Positions 29,196-38,848 are shown, counted from the stretch's first letter. The stretch is DNA of 44,647 nucleotides from an uncultured Nitrososphaerota archaeon (GCA_964416155.1 CAYQCW010000002.1:1-44647), one strand, 5' to 3'. A program made the numbers and translations. The notes: generated by a model from the letters alone, not told the origin.

Positions 29196-30737
29196 TTGGA
29201 GGACGGCGCGTATTTCATAGGAGTCGACCTGGGTACGCAAGGCATGAAGACCCTGCTTGTCCACAGCGAGACTGGCTTCGTGGTCGGTAAGGCTGTTGAA
29301 AACTATGGTTTGATAGGGAATCTTCCACCGGGACATAAGGAGCAGGACCCCCAGCTTTGGATCAACGCGTTCCATAAAACCGTTAAAGGAGTCTTGTCTA
29401 CGACGGGAATAGACCCTAGGAGCGTGAGGGCCATAGGGGTTTCAGGCCAGCAGCATGGTTTCGTCCCGCTTGACGAGAGGGGCATGGTTATAAGGCCTGC
29501 GAAGCTCTGGAACGACACTAGCACAGCAAGGGAGTGCGAGTACTTAACTAGGAGGCTTGGCGGAGTAGGGAATGTCTTAAGGCTCATGGGGAACCCGGTT
29601 CTCCCCGGCTATACTGCACCCAAGATACTCTGGCTTAAGAGGAACGAGCCTGGAAACTACGCTAGGCTGCGCCATGTTCTTCTGCCCCACGATTATTTGA
29701 ACTACTATTTGACGGGGAACATGGTTATGGAGTATGGGGATGCTTCTGGAACAGCGTTGATGGACGTGAGGAGGAGAGTCTGGTGTAGGAGGGTTATTGA
29801 CGCGATTGACCCGGGGCTCAGGAGCAGGCTTCCTCCGCTGCAGGGGTCTGATAAGCCTGCTGGAACAATCAGGAGGGAGTTGGCTGGCGAGTTCGGCTTC
29901 AGGGAGGATGTTATAGTTAGTGCGGGGGGAGGGGACAACATGATGGGCGCGATTGGAACGGGTAACGTTAGGAAGGGTATTGTTACAGCCAGCTTTGGAA
30001 CATCAGGCACAATATACGCTTACTCCGAGAAGCCGGTGGTAGATCCTAGGGGAGAGATAGCTGCCTTCTGCGACTCTACGAACGCTTGGCTACCCCTCTT
30101 GTGCACGATGAACGTTACTGTGGCCACTGAGTATGTTAGGGAGCTTTTTAAAATGACGCATGACGATTTAACAAGTGCTGTTGAGGAGGCTCCCCCCGGT
30201 TCAAACGGGCTGCTGCTAATCCCCTACTTTGAGGGGGAGAGGACGCCTAACGTCCCGGAGGGGACGGGCGTCTACTATGGCTTTAACAGCAGGACTTTCA
30301 ACAGGCAGTGTGTTGCGAGGGCGGCCATGGAGGGTGTCACGCTCGGGATGAACTATGGTTTGAACAGGATGAGGGAGCTTGGGATAAGGCCCGACGAGAT
30401 AAGGCTGACTGGCGGCGGGTCGAAGAACAGGGCTTGGAGGCAGATCGCTGCTGACATATTTAACGCGGAGGTCGTCAGCATTAGGATCGACGAGGGTGCA
30501 GCCTACGGGGCGGCTTTGCAGGCCGTGTGGTGCTACTTGAACCATGTTGGCGAGAGGACCAGTATTCAGGAGGTATGCGACCGGTACGTCAAGCTGGACG
30601 AGGAGACCCGTGTCAGCCCAAAGCCGTCTAACGTTGAGAAGTACAGGGAGCTTCAGGAGATTCATAACCTTGTGGGCAGAAGCCTGAAAAGCTCTTTCAA
30701 GAAGCATAGGAGATACTTGGGTAAACACGTCGCTTAG
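29196..30737 (+). CDS. xylB: Xylulokinase (FGGY kinase)
   Basis: Motifs GVDLGT, SGQQHG, KLWND, GGGDN, GTSG and GERTP. TTG 29196 follows GGTGA. Confidence 0.88.
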   Translation: MEDGAYFIGVDLGTQGMKTLLVHSETGFVVGKAVENYGLIGNLPPGHKEQDPQLWINAFHKTVKGVLSTTGIDPRSVRAIGVSGQQHGFVPLDERGMVIRPAKLWNDTSTARECEYLTRRLGGVGNVLRLMGNPVLPGYTAPKILWLKRNEPGNYARLRHVLLPHDYLNYYLTGNMVMEYGDASGTALMDVRRRVWCRRVIDAIDPGLRSRLPPLQGSDKPAGTIRRELAGEFGFREDVIVSAGGGDNMMGAIGTGNVRKGIVTASFGTSGTIYAYSEKPVVDPRGEIAAFCDSTNAWLPLLCTMNVTVATEYVRELFKMTHDDLTSAVEEAPPGSNGLLLIPYFEGERTPNVPEGTGVYYGFNSRTFNRQCVARAAMEGVTLGMNYGLNRMRELGIRPDEIRLTGGGSKNRAWRQIAADIFNAEVVSIRIDEGAAYGAALQAVWCYLNHVGERTSIQEVCDRYVKLDEETRVSPKPSNVEKYRELQEIHNLVGRSLKSSFKKHRRYLGKHVA

Positions 30738-30815
30738 CCTTGAAGCCTCGAAGATGTTAGGCGTGGGCCTAAATCTTCCGCAGCAGGCTATTTAAACGGC
30801 TCAACGCTTCGACTC

Positions 30816-30827
30816 ATGCGCGCGCGT
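30816..30827. repeat. Palindrome copy (ATGCGCGCGCGT)
   Basis: Intact GCGCGCGC core; at the 3' edge of the surface-protein remnant. Confidence 0.65.
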
Positions 30828-30828
30828 G

Positions 30829-31050
30829 CTGCCTCTTTTGTAATTGTAATACAGGATAATTATGAGGAATGCTACTGAAGCGGATGAACCTATAATGATT
30901 AATCGGGTGTAATCTATACTTCACTTCGCAACCATTTTCTTTGGTGCATTCATGAGTATTGTAGTGTTCAAGGCTGGGATGTTCTCGTCCCCTTCCCACC
31001 TTTCGAAAACATATACTAATATGCTTGAAGGAGGCGGCTTAACGCTGAAT
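30829..31050 (-). pseudogene. C-terminal remnant of a surface protein (InlB-B/bacterial-repeat-like domain plus TM)
   Basis: Frame not in the ORF track: FSVKPPPSSILVYVFERWEGDENIPALNTTILMNAPKKMVAK*SIDYTRLIIIGSSASVAFLIIILYYNYKRG. The TGA lies where Trp is expected. Confidence 0.7.
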
Positions 31051-31062
31051 GAGCGCGCGCTA
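31051..31062. repeat. Palindrome copy (GAGCGCGCGCTA)
   Basis: 11/12 match; at the 5' break of the remnant. Confidence 0.8.
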
Positions 31063-31120
31063 ACATAACGCGAAAAACTTTTGAGAAAAGTTTTAAGATA
31101 ACGTTGACCTATGTGGCTTC

Positions 31121-31648
31121 ATGACTGAAAAGGTGAGGATCTTAGTGGCATATGACAGCTATACTGGGAATACGGAGAAGATGGCGAATGCTGTCGCAGA
31201 AGGTGCTAGACTCGCCGGTGCAGAAGTATCTTTGAAGAAGGTTGCTGACATAACAGCTAACGATTTTCTTGAAAATGATGGGTTTGCCTTCGGAACCCCT
31301 ACGCATTGCGGAGTCATGTCTACTAAGATGAACGAGCTGTTCACTAAAACCGGCATGCCGGCATGGGGCAGGATGAGGGGGAAGGTTGGGGTTGCGTTCA
31401 GCAGCTCAGGAGGGCTGGGAGGCGGGAACGAGATGGCCTGCCTATCCTTAATCCTAGCGATGCTGAACTATGGGATGCTTGTTTTCGGCGTCCCCGACTA
31501 TGTTGCCCCCGGAGTTACGCTTCACTATGGCGCAGTCTCCGTCGGTAAGCCGAATGCGGAGGCTTTGAAAGCGTGCAGACTACTCGGCGAGAGGCTTGCG
31601 GAGTATGCTTCAATAGTTAGAAACGGCACGTTAAACCCTAAAAGCTAG
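31121..31648 (+). CDS. Flavodoxin-fold NAD(P)H:quinone oxidoreductase (WrbA-like)
   Basis: Motifs Y.S.TGNT.KMA, GTPT, GKVG..F.S.G..GGG.E and HYG. Confidence 0.88.
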   Translation: MTEKVRILVAYDSYTGNTEKMANAVAEGARLAGAEVSLKKVADITANDFLENDGFAFGTPTHCGVMSTKMNELFTKTGMPAWGRMRGKVGVAFSSSGGLGGGNEMACLSLILAMLNYGMLVFGVPDYVAPGVTLHYGAVSVGKPNAEALKACRLLGERLAEYASIVRNGTLNPKS

Positions 31649-31689
31649 AATCCTCTTAAAAAATATCCGGCGGAGGAACGGGGAAAGCG

Positions 31690-32274
31690 TTGGAAGAGTT
31701 TGAAGAAGCATTCAAAGAGGCGCTTAACTGCAGGAGGTGCAGGCTTAGCGAGTCTAGGACGAGAGTCGTATTCGGCGAGGGCGATTTGAAAACCAGCGTG
31801 ATGCTGATAGGTGAGGCCCCCGGCTTCAATGAGGATAGGGAGGGCAGGCCCTTCGTGGGCCAGGCGGGGAAGTTTTTAAACGAAAAACTGTTGAAGACAG
31901 CAGGCCTTGAGAGGAGCAGTGTTTACGTGACTAACGTTGTAAAATGCCGTCCCCCGGGAAACAGGGAGCCTGCTGACGACGAGATTGAAGCATGCTTCCA
32001 ATATTTAAGCTTGCAGATAAGGCTAATAAGGCCTAAAGTGATCGTCACGCTGGGCAACGTGGCTACGAACACGTTGTTCAGGAAGTTCAACATTAAGCCG
32101 TCCTCCATGGGCAGCGTACATGGGAGAGTGTTCAACGTAAAGACGTTGTCCTACGGAAGCTTCAAGATCACCCCATCGTATCATCCCGCTAGTGCTCTCT
32201 ACAACCCGGGCATGTCTGAAGTGATGATTGAAGACTGGTTTAAAATAGGGATGGTTGTGAAAAACCTTAAATAG
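31690..32274 (+). CDS. udg: Family 4 uracil-DNA glycosylase ([4Fe-4S])
   Basis: Motifs C..C.L...R, GEAPG..ED..G.PFVG, N.VKCRPP.NR and YHPA. Confidence 0.93.
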   Translation: MEEFEEAFKEALNCRRCRLSESRTRVVFGEGDLKTSVMLIGEAPGFNEDREGRPFVGQAGKFLNEKLLKTAGLERSSVYVTNVVKCRPPGNREPADDEIEACFQYLSLQIRLIRPKVIVTLGNVATNTLFRKFNIKPSSMGSVHGRVFNVKTLSYGSFKITPSYHPASALYNPGMSEVMIEDWFKIGMVVKNLK

Positions 32275-32351
32275 GTTTTTAGAAAGCAAAGATTGTTCTA
32301 TAAAAATTTTTACCCAGCTTTCAAGGGAAACTTTTTAACCCCCCGCGAGAC

Positions 32352-33929
32352 ATGGCCACAATAAGCTTCATGAGGCAACTGGTTCATAACGGAGTGTTCA
32401 TCCCGCCCTACGAGTACAGGGGGCTTTCAATCAGGGTAAACGGGGAGAGGATCAGACTGACTCCTGAACAGGAGGAGATGGCTATTGCTTTCGCCAAGCA
32501 ACCCCCGGAGAGGATGGAGGACAAGGTTTTCGTGAAAAACTTTCTTAAAGATTTTTACGCTGCACTAGGTTTAAACGGCTCCGCGCAGAACGACGCGATA
32601 GATTTCTCTGAGGTTAAACAATGGGTTGAACAGGAGAAACAGTGTAAGGAAAGGATGACGAAGGAGGAGAAGAAGGCCTTGAGCGAGAAGAGGAAGCTTC
32701 TGAGAGAGGAGCTTAAACAGAAGTACGGTTACGCTGTGATAGATGGTGAAAAAGTGGAGATAAGGTATACTGTTGAACCGCCGTGCATATTCGCCGGGAA
32801 AGGGAAGCATCCTTTAAGGGGAAGATGGAAACCCAGGGTGAAGTATGAGGATATTACCCTGAACCTTTCGCCAGACGCTCCGACGCCGCCCGTTCCAGAC
32901 GGAGGAGAGTGGGGCGGGAGAACTTGGGATCCGGATGCTATCTGGATAGCTAGGTGGAAGGACAAGCTCACTGGGAAGATGAAGTACATATGGCTTGGCG
33001 AAACCGCTCCCGTTAAGCAGGAGAGGGAGAGAAGCAAGTTTGACATGGCTATGAGCCTCAAGGATAATCTGGATAAGATAAAGATGCTTGTGAGGAAGGG
33101 CTTGGAGTCTGGGGATGAGTTTGAAAGACAGGTTGCGACAGCAATCTTCCTCATAGACCTGTTGAAGCTCAGGGTCGGCGACGAGAAGGATAGGGATGAG
33201 CTGGATACCAAGGGGGTTACAACCCTGACTAAGAACAACGTTAAGATGCTTGGCGAGGATACTGTTGAGTTCAATTTTCTCGGCAAGGCGGCTGTAAGAT
33301 TCCACCGCACGGTTAAGCTTCCCCAGGTTGTCGTCAGGAACCTTAGGGAACTGGTGGAGAAGACTCCTGGTAAAAGGCTTTTTCCAAAGCTCAGGTCTGA
33401 GCATGTTAATGAGTTTCTGTCGAAAGCCATGCCCGGCTTAACCTCGAAAATCTTCAGAACATACTATGCTTCGAAAGCAGTGTTTGAAAAACTGTATGAG
33501 TTTAAAACGCGCCCGGGAGACCCTGAGTATAAGAAGCTTTTCATCGCAAAGCTTGCAAACCTGGAGGCGGCGAAGGTTCTAAACCATAAGAGGACACTGC
33601 CTAAGAACTGGAGTCAACGTCTCGAGAAACAGGTTGAAAGAGTTAGGAAAGTCCTCCGCGAAATAGAGGAGGCGAATAGGATTCTTAAGGAGAAGCCGAC
33701 TAAGACCCGTAGGAGAAGGCTGAAGAGGCTGAGGGAAAGGCTTCAGAGGGAGAGGATTAAGCTTGAACTGATGAGGAGAACGAGAGACTATAATCTTAAC
33801 ACCAGCCTGAACAGCTATATAGACCCTAGAATATACTTAGAGTGGAGCAGGAAAAACTCATTCGACTTGAATAAGATATACTCTAAGTCTCTGCAACGCA
33901 AAATATTATGGGCTCTTCAAGACCTTTAG
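32352..33929 (+). CDS. Eukaryote-like type IB DNA topoisomerase
   Basis: L.HNG, G.G.HP.RG.WK and the catalytic pentad in LRVGDE, FLGK, K.FRTY, LNH and SYIDPR. Confidence 0.95.
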   Translation: MATISFMRQLVHNGVFIPPYEYRGLSIRVNGERIRLTPEQEEMAIAFAKQPPERMEDKVFVKNFLKDFYAALGLNGSAQNDAIDFSEVKQWVEQEKQCKERMTKEEKKALSEKRKLLREELKQKYGYAVIDGEKVEIRYTVEPPCIFAGKGKHPLRGRWKPRVKYEDITLNLSPDAPTPPVPDGGEWGGRTWDPDAIWIARWKDKLTGKMKYIWLGETAPVKQERERSKFDMAMSLKDNLDKIKMLVRKGLESGDEFERQVATAIFLIDLLKLRVGDEKDRDELDTKGVTTLTKNNVKMLGEDTVEFNFLGKAAVRFHRTVKLPQVVVRNLRELVEKTPGKRLFPKLRSEHVNEFLSKAMPGLTSKIFRTYYASKAVFEKLYEFKTRPGDPEYKKLFIAKLANLEAAKVLNHKRTLPKNWSQRLEKQVERVRKVLREIEEANRILKEKPTKTRRRRLKRLRERLQRERIKLELMRRTRDYNLNTSLNSYIDPRIYLEWSRKNSFDLNKIYSKSLQRKILWALQDL

Positions 33930-33980
33930 ATGCTTTATTCCAATTTTTCACCTTAACGCTTTTAAGTCGAGAAAGTCATT

Positions 33981-33992
33981 TAGCGCGCGCTA
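33981..33992. repeat. Perfect palindrome TAGCGCGCGCTA (extends to 14-mer 33980-33993)
   Basis: Exact match between convergent genes. Confidence 0.9.
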
Positions 33993-34126
33993 AGAAAATA
34001 ATGGATAGTCCGCTCAAGGGTTATGTTGAAGTGATCACCGTCACTGAGCTGGATGAGCCTGTGGCAGATCAAAGAATAGTCCATCAATTGATCGTAAAGG
34101 GAAAGAGGTTTCAAGCACTCGGCTGA
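33993..34126 (+). pseudogene. Possible PIN/VapC internal fragment
   Basis: KKIMDSPLKGYVEVITVTELDEPVA loosely resembles the PIN S.IT..EL region; starts right after the palindrome. Confidence 0.25.
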
Positions 34127-34168
34127 TGACGCGCGATTATTCTTACACAGGCGTTACGAACCACGTGT

Positions 34169-34180
34169 TCGCACGCGCTA
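34169..34180. repeat. Palindrome variant (TCGCACGCGCTA)
   Basis: 10/12 match; its CTA is the TAG stop of the dehydrogenase at 34178. Confidence 0.65.
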
Positions 34181-35146
34181 TTCAGGGACTATAACCCCTT
34201 TTATGTAGTCCAACGGTTTCTTCGACGCGTATTCAAAAGCGTTCTGAATATCGTTAAGGCTCCACTTGTGAGTAATAAGCCTCTCGAGATTAAAAACTCC
34301 CTTGGAAAGCATTTCTACAGCTATTTTAAAATTCTCCCTCATGTCCTCCGCTCTCGAGGGGCTTGTCATTATTACTTCCAATCCCTTCGAATCCCATTCC
34401 CTCAGGTCTACTGAAACCGGGTTAGGATGGTAGCTGAATATCGCAAGCCTACCCTTCTGCTTAACCAGCCCGGTTGCTAACCCAACGCCCCCGGGGTTTC
34501 CAGTAGCCTCAATCACCACGTCAAACCCTTTACCCCCGGTTATAGCGAGGGTGTCCTCCGCAATATCCCTCTCCTCCGGGTTTAAAGCAATGTTCACACC
34601 ATAGTGTTCAGCAAGCCTAAGCCTCTCACTGTTCACGTCGACGCCAGCAAGGTTTCTTAAGCCTAGACGGCTCAAAGCCTGAACGAGAAGCAGCCCCATG
34701 AAACCGGTGCCAACGACTGCAACATCATCGCCGAACTCTGGGCGGGCAAGCCTCACAGCGTTAACCACGCAGGCAAGCGGCTCCCCTATTGCATGTTCGA
34801 AAGGAATATTCTCCGGAATCTTTTCCACTTGGCTTTCATTCACCAACACGAAGTCTGAGAAACCTGGGCCTCCTAAAGCAGTGACACGGTCACCCTTTGA
34901 AAATCTGGACACGTTGGCCCCGACTTCAACAACCTCTCCAGCGGGCTCGTGGCCTAGTGGAGAGGGTAGTTTAAACCAAACCGGATAGCCTGAGAAACCG
35001 TAAAGGTCACCGGCGCATATGCCGCAAGCCTTAACTTTGATCAGCACATCCTTTCCACCTAAGCTTGGGATCTCTTCTTCAACAAGATCTATTCTGCCTT
35101 TTTCAAGCAGTATTGCAACCCTTCTTCGCATGATATTTACAGCCAT
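34178..35146 (-). CDS. Zinc-binding (MDR) sugar-alcohol dehydrogenase lacking the structural-Zn loop
   Basis: Motifs CGIC..D, GHE..G, EPLAC and G.G.MG. Confidence 0.88.
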   Translation of the reverse strand: MAVNIMRRRVAILLEKGRIDLVEEEIPSLGGKDVLIKVKACGICAGDLYGFSGYPVWFKLPSPLGHEPAGEVVEVGANVSRFSKGDRVTALGGPGFSDFVLVNESQVEKIPENIPFEHAIGEPLACVVNAVRLARPEFGDDVAVVGTGFMGLLLVQALSRLGLRNLAGVDVNSERLRLAEHYGVNIALNPEERDIAEDTLAITGGKGFDVVIEATGNPGGVGLATGLVKQKGRLAIFSYHPNPVSVDLREWDSKGLEVIMTSPSRAEDMRENFKIAVEMLSKGVFNLERLITHKWSLNDIQNAFEYASKKPLDYIKGVIVPE

Positions 35147-35193
35147 CCTAAAAATAAAAGGTTTCTATTGCGGAATTCTTACCCTACTTAGAC

Positions 35194-36216
35194 TCAGGGC
35201 TTTACTAGAACCTTTATCGCCTGCTTCCTTCTACTGGCCAGCCCGTTGAAAACCTCAACTATCTCGTCAAGCCTATGGATATGCGATATTATTGGCTTCA
35301 GTTTCAATCCACCTGACGACGCAACGTTAACAGCCCTCTGAAAAGTATAGGGACTCCGGTAGGAGGCGAATATGGATACTTCCTTATTGTATATCTCGAA
35401 GGGTTTAACCTGCCAAACATCATGCTCTGGAGCAACGCCGAATATCAGCAGCCTGCCTCCTCTCCTTGTAAGCTTGAACGCCTTGTCTATAGCTGAGGGG
35501 CTTCCGACGCACTCGATTGAAACATCAGCCCCAATGCTCTCAGTCTCTTCGAGAACAGCCTTCTCAGGATCTTCTTTTCCAGGGTTTACAACGCGGGTTG
35601 CGCCAAGCTCCTCCGCAAGCCTAAGCCTCTCCTCGACAATGTCTAAAGCAATAATCTTCGCCGCACCATAGTGTTTAACCATTTGAATCATGAGCAGGCC
35701 TATCGGCCCGGTTCCAACAACCGCCACGCTGCTTGCCGCAGGGATCTTAACATTGTCAAGACCCCTGATTACGCAGGCTAAGGGCTCGATTAAAGCAGCC
35801 TCCTCCATCGACATCCAGCTGGGAAACCTGTAAACGTTTCGTTCAGGAGCCTTAACGTATTCTGCGAAAGCACCGTCGACCGTGACACCTATTGCCTGAA
35901 GGTTTTCGCAGAAAAAGTTCCTCTCGCTCATCCTGCAGTATTTGCATTTTCCGCAGACTACATTTGGCTCCGCGACAACACGGTCCCCGCTTCGAACAGT
36001 TGATACTTGGGAGCCTGTTTGAACAACGGTGCCTGAGAACTCGTGGCCTAGGACCAATGGCGTGTTAACCTTCCACTCCCCCTTGAAGAAATGCAGGTCG
36101 GTGCCGCATATTCCGCATGCGCCAACCTGTAAGAGAACCTCATCCTCATATATCTTAGGAACATCCTTCTCGATTACCCTTAGGTCTCCGACTCCAAACA
36201 GGGATGCTGCCTTCAT
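35194..36216 (-). CDS. Zinc-dependent MDR dehydrogenase (sorbitol/galactitol-1-P dehydrogenase-like)
   Basis: Motifs GICGTD.H, GHEF.G, CGKCKYC...C and G.GPIG. Start at MKAA (36216) is preferred. Confidence 0.9.
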   Translation of the reverse strand: MKAASLFGVGDLRVIEKDVPKIYEDEVLLQVGACGICGTDLHFFKGEWKVNTPLVLGHEFSGTVVQTGSQVSTVRSGDRVVAEPNVVCGKCKYCRMSERNFFCENLQAIGVTVDGAFAEYVKAPERNVYRFPSWMSMEEAALIEPLACVIRGLDNVKIPAASSVAVVGTGPIGLLMIQMVKHYGAAKIIALDIVEERLRLAEELGATRVVNPGKEDPEKAVLEETESIGADVSIECVGSPSAIDKAFKLTRRGGRLLIFGVAPEHDVWQVKPFEIYNKEVSIFASYRSPYTFQRAVNVASSGGLKLKPIISHIHRLDEIVEVFNGLASRRKQAIKVLVKP

Positions 36217-36347
36217 GCTGAAGCATAGGCAACCCATGCATATAAGAGTTATCCGTCTGGCAAGCATTATTTGTAGTGCTAAGATGCTTTCTAGACTTTG
36301 GCCGTAACCGTCTTTTAATTCTGTTGAAACGGATTAGAGTTTTAGAA

Positions 36348-37080
36348 ATGAACTGGTTCCCGAAAAGATTCATGCGGGGAATATTCATGGCCGCCTTCCA
36401 ATATGAAATGGGCGGTTCTAAAGAGTCTCTGAATCTCAACAGCGACTGGTATATTTGGCTCTACGACGAGAAAGAGTCTAAGATTGTAAGCGGAGACCTG
36501 TCTGAGAACGGGCCCGGCTACTGGGACCTCAGATTGACCACGGTTGGGCGGAATCGATGAGTCTGAATACTTGACGCACAAACCCGGATTGGAGCAGGGC
36601 TTTTCCCCAGGTCGATCCGCGAAGTCAAGGTTTCAGTGGTGTCTGACAGCGAGGGAATAAAGCACGTGGAGGTCAGCGAGCAAAGCCTTAGAAAGCTCTA
36701 CGCTCTGGCTAACAAGCAGGCGGTTAAACACTACGGGAAGATTTTCCGAGACTTGAAGGAGAGGGGAATGAAGCCGATACTAAACCTCTATCATTGGCCG
36801 CTTCCAACATAAATCCGCAACCCTATAATAGTGAGGAATACTGGTCTTAAAGAGGGGCTAGAGGATGGTTTAAACGTGGCCGGCTACCTCCATCGGAGTC
36901 ATAGATAATCTGGAGTGGACTTCAGGCTTCAGCAAAAGATTCGGCCTGATATACGTGGACATGAATACAAAGAAGAGATACTCGAGGCCGAGCGCCTACG
37001 TTTACCGCGACATCGTTAAGAACAACGCGATACCCGAGTACCTGTCCGAGTATGCAAACTATCCTAACATGCTGGTTTAA
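36348..37080 (+). pseudogene. GH1 beta-glycosidase (LacS/CelB-type) pseudogene
   Basis: Motifs FQYEMG, VSGD..ENGPGYW, DWSR.FP, NLYHWPLP, DNLEW.SGF..RFGL..VD and RPSA. Multiple stops and frameshifts; the NEP and TENG catalytic regions are deleted. Confidence 0.92.
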
Positions 37081-37087
37081 CAGGTTT

Positions 37088-37651
37088 TCACGACTGCTCG
37101 AAACCTCGCAGTGAAACCATTAACAGCCATGCGGACGCTGCCAACGAAGCAACACTCTCCTGTATTGCAACACCCTGCCAGGGCCATTTAACCAACCAAA
37201 CCAGCATTGAGATTAAGCCCAGTAGGAAGGCCGCTACACCCGTTGCTGGTGAACCCATATGCTTGGAACAGAAGCCGTATGAAAGCATGACGAGGATTAT
37301 TGAGATGAAGAATATTGCTGACACCACCATATGTATTCTTCCAGCATCCTCCGGGAAGAAGCCGATGAGCGCTAGGTCGAATCCAGCCACTGCAAGAGGG
37401 ACGGACCAGCAGAGATACTTCCATGAGCAGTACCTCGTTGCGGTTAATACGCCGAAAAATGCTACGAGGAACCCGGAGAAAACTAACCCGAAATTATAAA
37501 GGTATGCGACCCAGCCGTTTCGAGCAATATTCCCAAGGTCACTCAAAGCATTATTATACGGGTTGAACCACGGTGATAAGATTATTGAAGCCAGTATGAA
37601 AGGATATGCAGCTAAAGCGCTTAAAAAACCCAGTAGCCTGTGAGCCTTCAT
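37088..37651 (-). CDS. DUF998-family membrane protein
   Basis: Motifs PWF....ALSDLG, LIG.FPE and H..VS..FF; multiple TM helices. Start uncertain. Confidence 0.8.
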   Translation of the reverse strand: MKAHRLLGFLSALAAYPFILASIILSPWFNPYNNALSDLGNIARNGWVAYLYNFGLVFSGFLVAFFGVLTATRYCSWKYLCWSVPLAVAGFDLALIGFFPEDAGRIHMVVSAIFFISIILVMLSYGFCSKHMGSPATGVAAFLLGLISMLVWLVKWPWQGVAIQESVASLAASAWLLMVSLRGFEQS

Positions 37652-37810
37652 CTCCAGGCTAAGCAATGCTTCCAACTGTTTAAATAGTTTGTCCCCCCCA
37701 AGACTATAACGCGGTTTTAGTTTCCTGTATTTGCATGGGCACCCGTTTAGATTAGAAATAACGTTAGCGTCAAGATAATCCATAAATATATCTTTTGAAG
37801 GCTTAATTGT

Positions 37811-38848
37811 ATGAGCAGGCTGAGGATTGGGCTAATAGGAGCTGGGTGCATAGGAACAGTACACGCGAATAGTGTAAAGTCTATCGAGGAGGCTGAGCTT
37901 TCAGCAATAGTTGATATAAGGCTTGAAAGAGCCAAGGAGCTTGCGGAGGAGCATGGTGTGGAGAAGGTTTACGAGGATTATGTGGAGATGCTGGATAGGG
38001 AGCAGCCGGACGCTGTGATCATAGCTACACCCAACTATCTGCACTCGAAAATGACTGTAGATGCGTTAAACAGGGGCGTACACGTTTTCTGCGAGAAACC
38101 CATGGCTATGAATGCCGGCGAGGCGGAGAAAATGGTTGAGGCCAAGAACAAGTCTGGAAAAACACTGATGCTCGGCATGTGCCAGAGATTCAGGGACGAC
38201 TCTAAGGCGATTAGAAACCTTGTTCTCGGGGGCGAGCTTGGCAATGTTTACTTCACTAAGATAACCTTGCTGAGGAGAGCCGGCATACCGGGCATGGGCA
38301 GCTGGTTCACCACTAAGGCTTTTTCAGGCGGGGGCCCGCTGATAGACCTTGGGCCGCACGTCCTGGATCTTGCCCTCTGGCTGCAAGGATTCCCGAGGCC
38401 GGTTTCCGCTAAGGGATACACCTTCTCCAAGCTTGGGACGCAGAACAAGTGTCTAGGAGGATGGGGGATACCTGAGCCCGGAGGACCCTTCGACGTGGAG
38501 GATCTTGCAGTCGCCCTGATAAGGCTTGAGGGGGGCGGAGTCATGTATCTGGAGACAAGCTGGGCGCTCTACACTAAGGATGATACTTTCAACATCATAT
38601 TGTCTGGGGATAAGGCGGGGGCGTCGCTTACACCGCCCTGCAAGTTCACCGAGGTTGACGGCAAGTGGGTTGAGACAGGGATAGAATGTCAAGAGGCGAA
38701 CGTGTATTTGGAGGAGATGAAGCATTTCGTAGAGTGCATAAGGCGGAACACGAGTCCAGGGCCCTTGCCTGAGCACGGTGTTATAGTGATGAGGCTCATA
38801 GACGCGATCTACAGGTCAGCCAGCACCGGGAATGAGGAAAAAGTTTAG
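37811..38848 (+). CDS. Gfo/Idh/MocA oxidoreductase
   Basis: Motifs GAG.IG..H, CEKP and G.WFT.K..SGGGPLIDLG.H.LD. Confidence 0.92.
   Translation: MSRLRIGLIGAGCIGTVHANSVKSIEEAELSAIVDIRLERAKELAEEHGVEKVYEDYVEMLDREQPDAVIIATPNYLHSKMTVDALNRGVHVFCEKPMAMNAGEAEKMVEAKNKSGKTLMLGMCQRFRDDSKAIRNLVLGGELGNVYFTKITLLRRAGIPGMGSWFTTKAFSGGGPLIDLGPHVLDLALWLQGFPRPVSAKGYTFSKLGTQNKCLGGWGIPEPGGPFDVEDLAVALIRLEGGGVMYLETSWALYTKDDTFNIILSGDKAGASLTPPCKFTEVDGKWVETGIECQEANVYLEEMKHFVECIRRNTSPGPLPEHGVIVMRLIDAIYRSASTGNEEKV

Noticed and set aside
30814-30999. 61-aa ORF from the track
   Set aside because: Wrong frame; an adjacent frame gives the recognisable surface-protein remnant.
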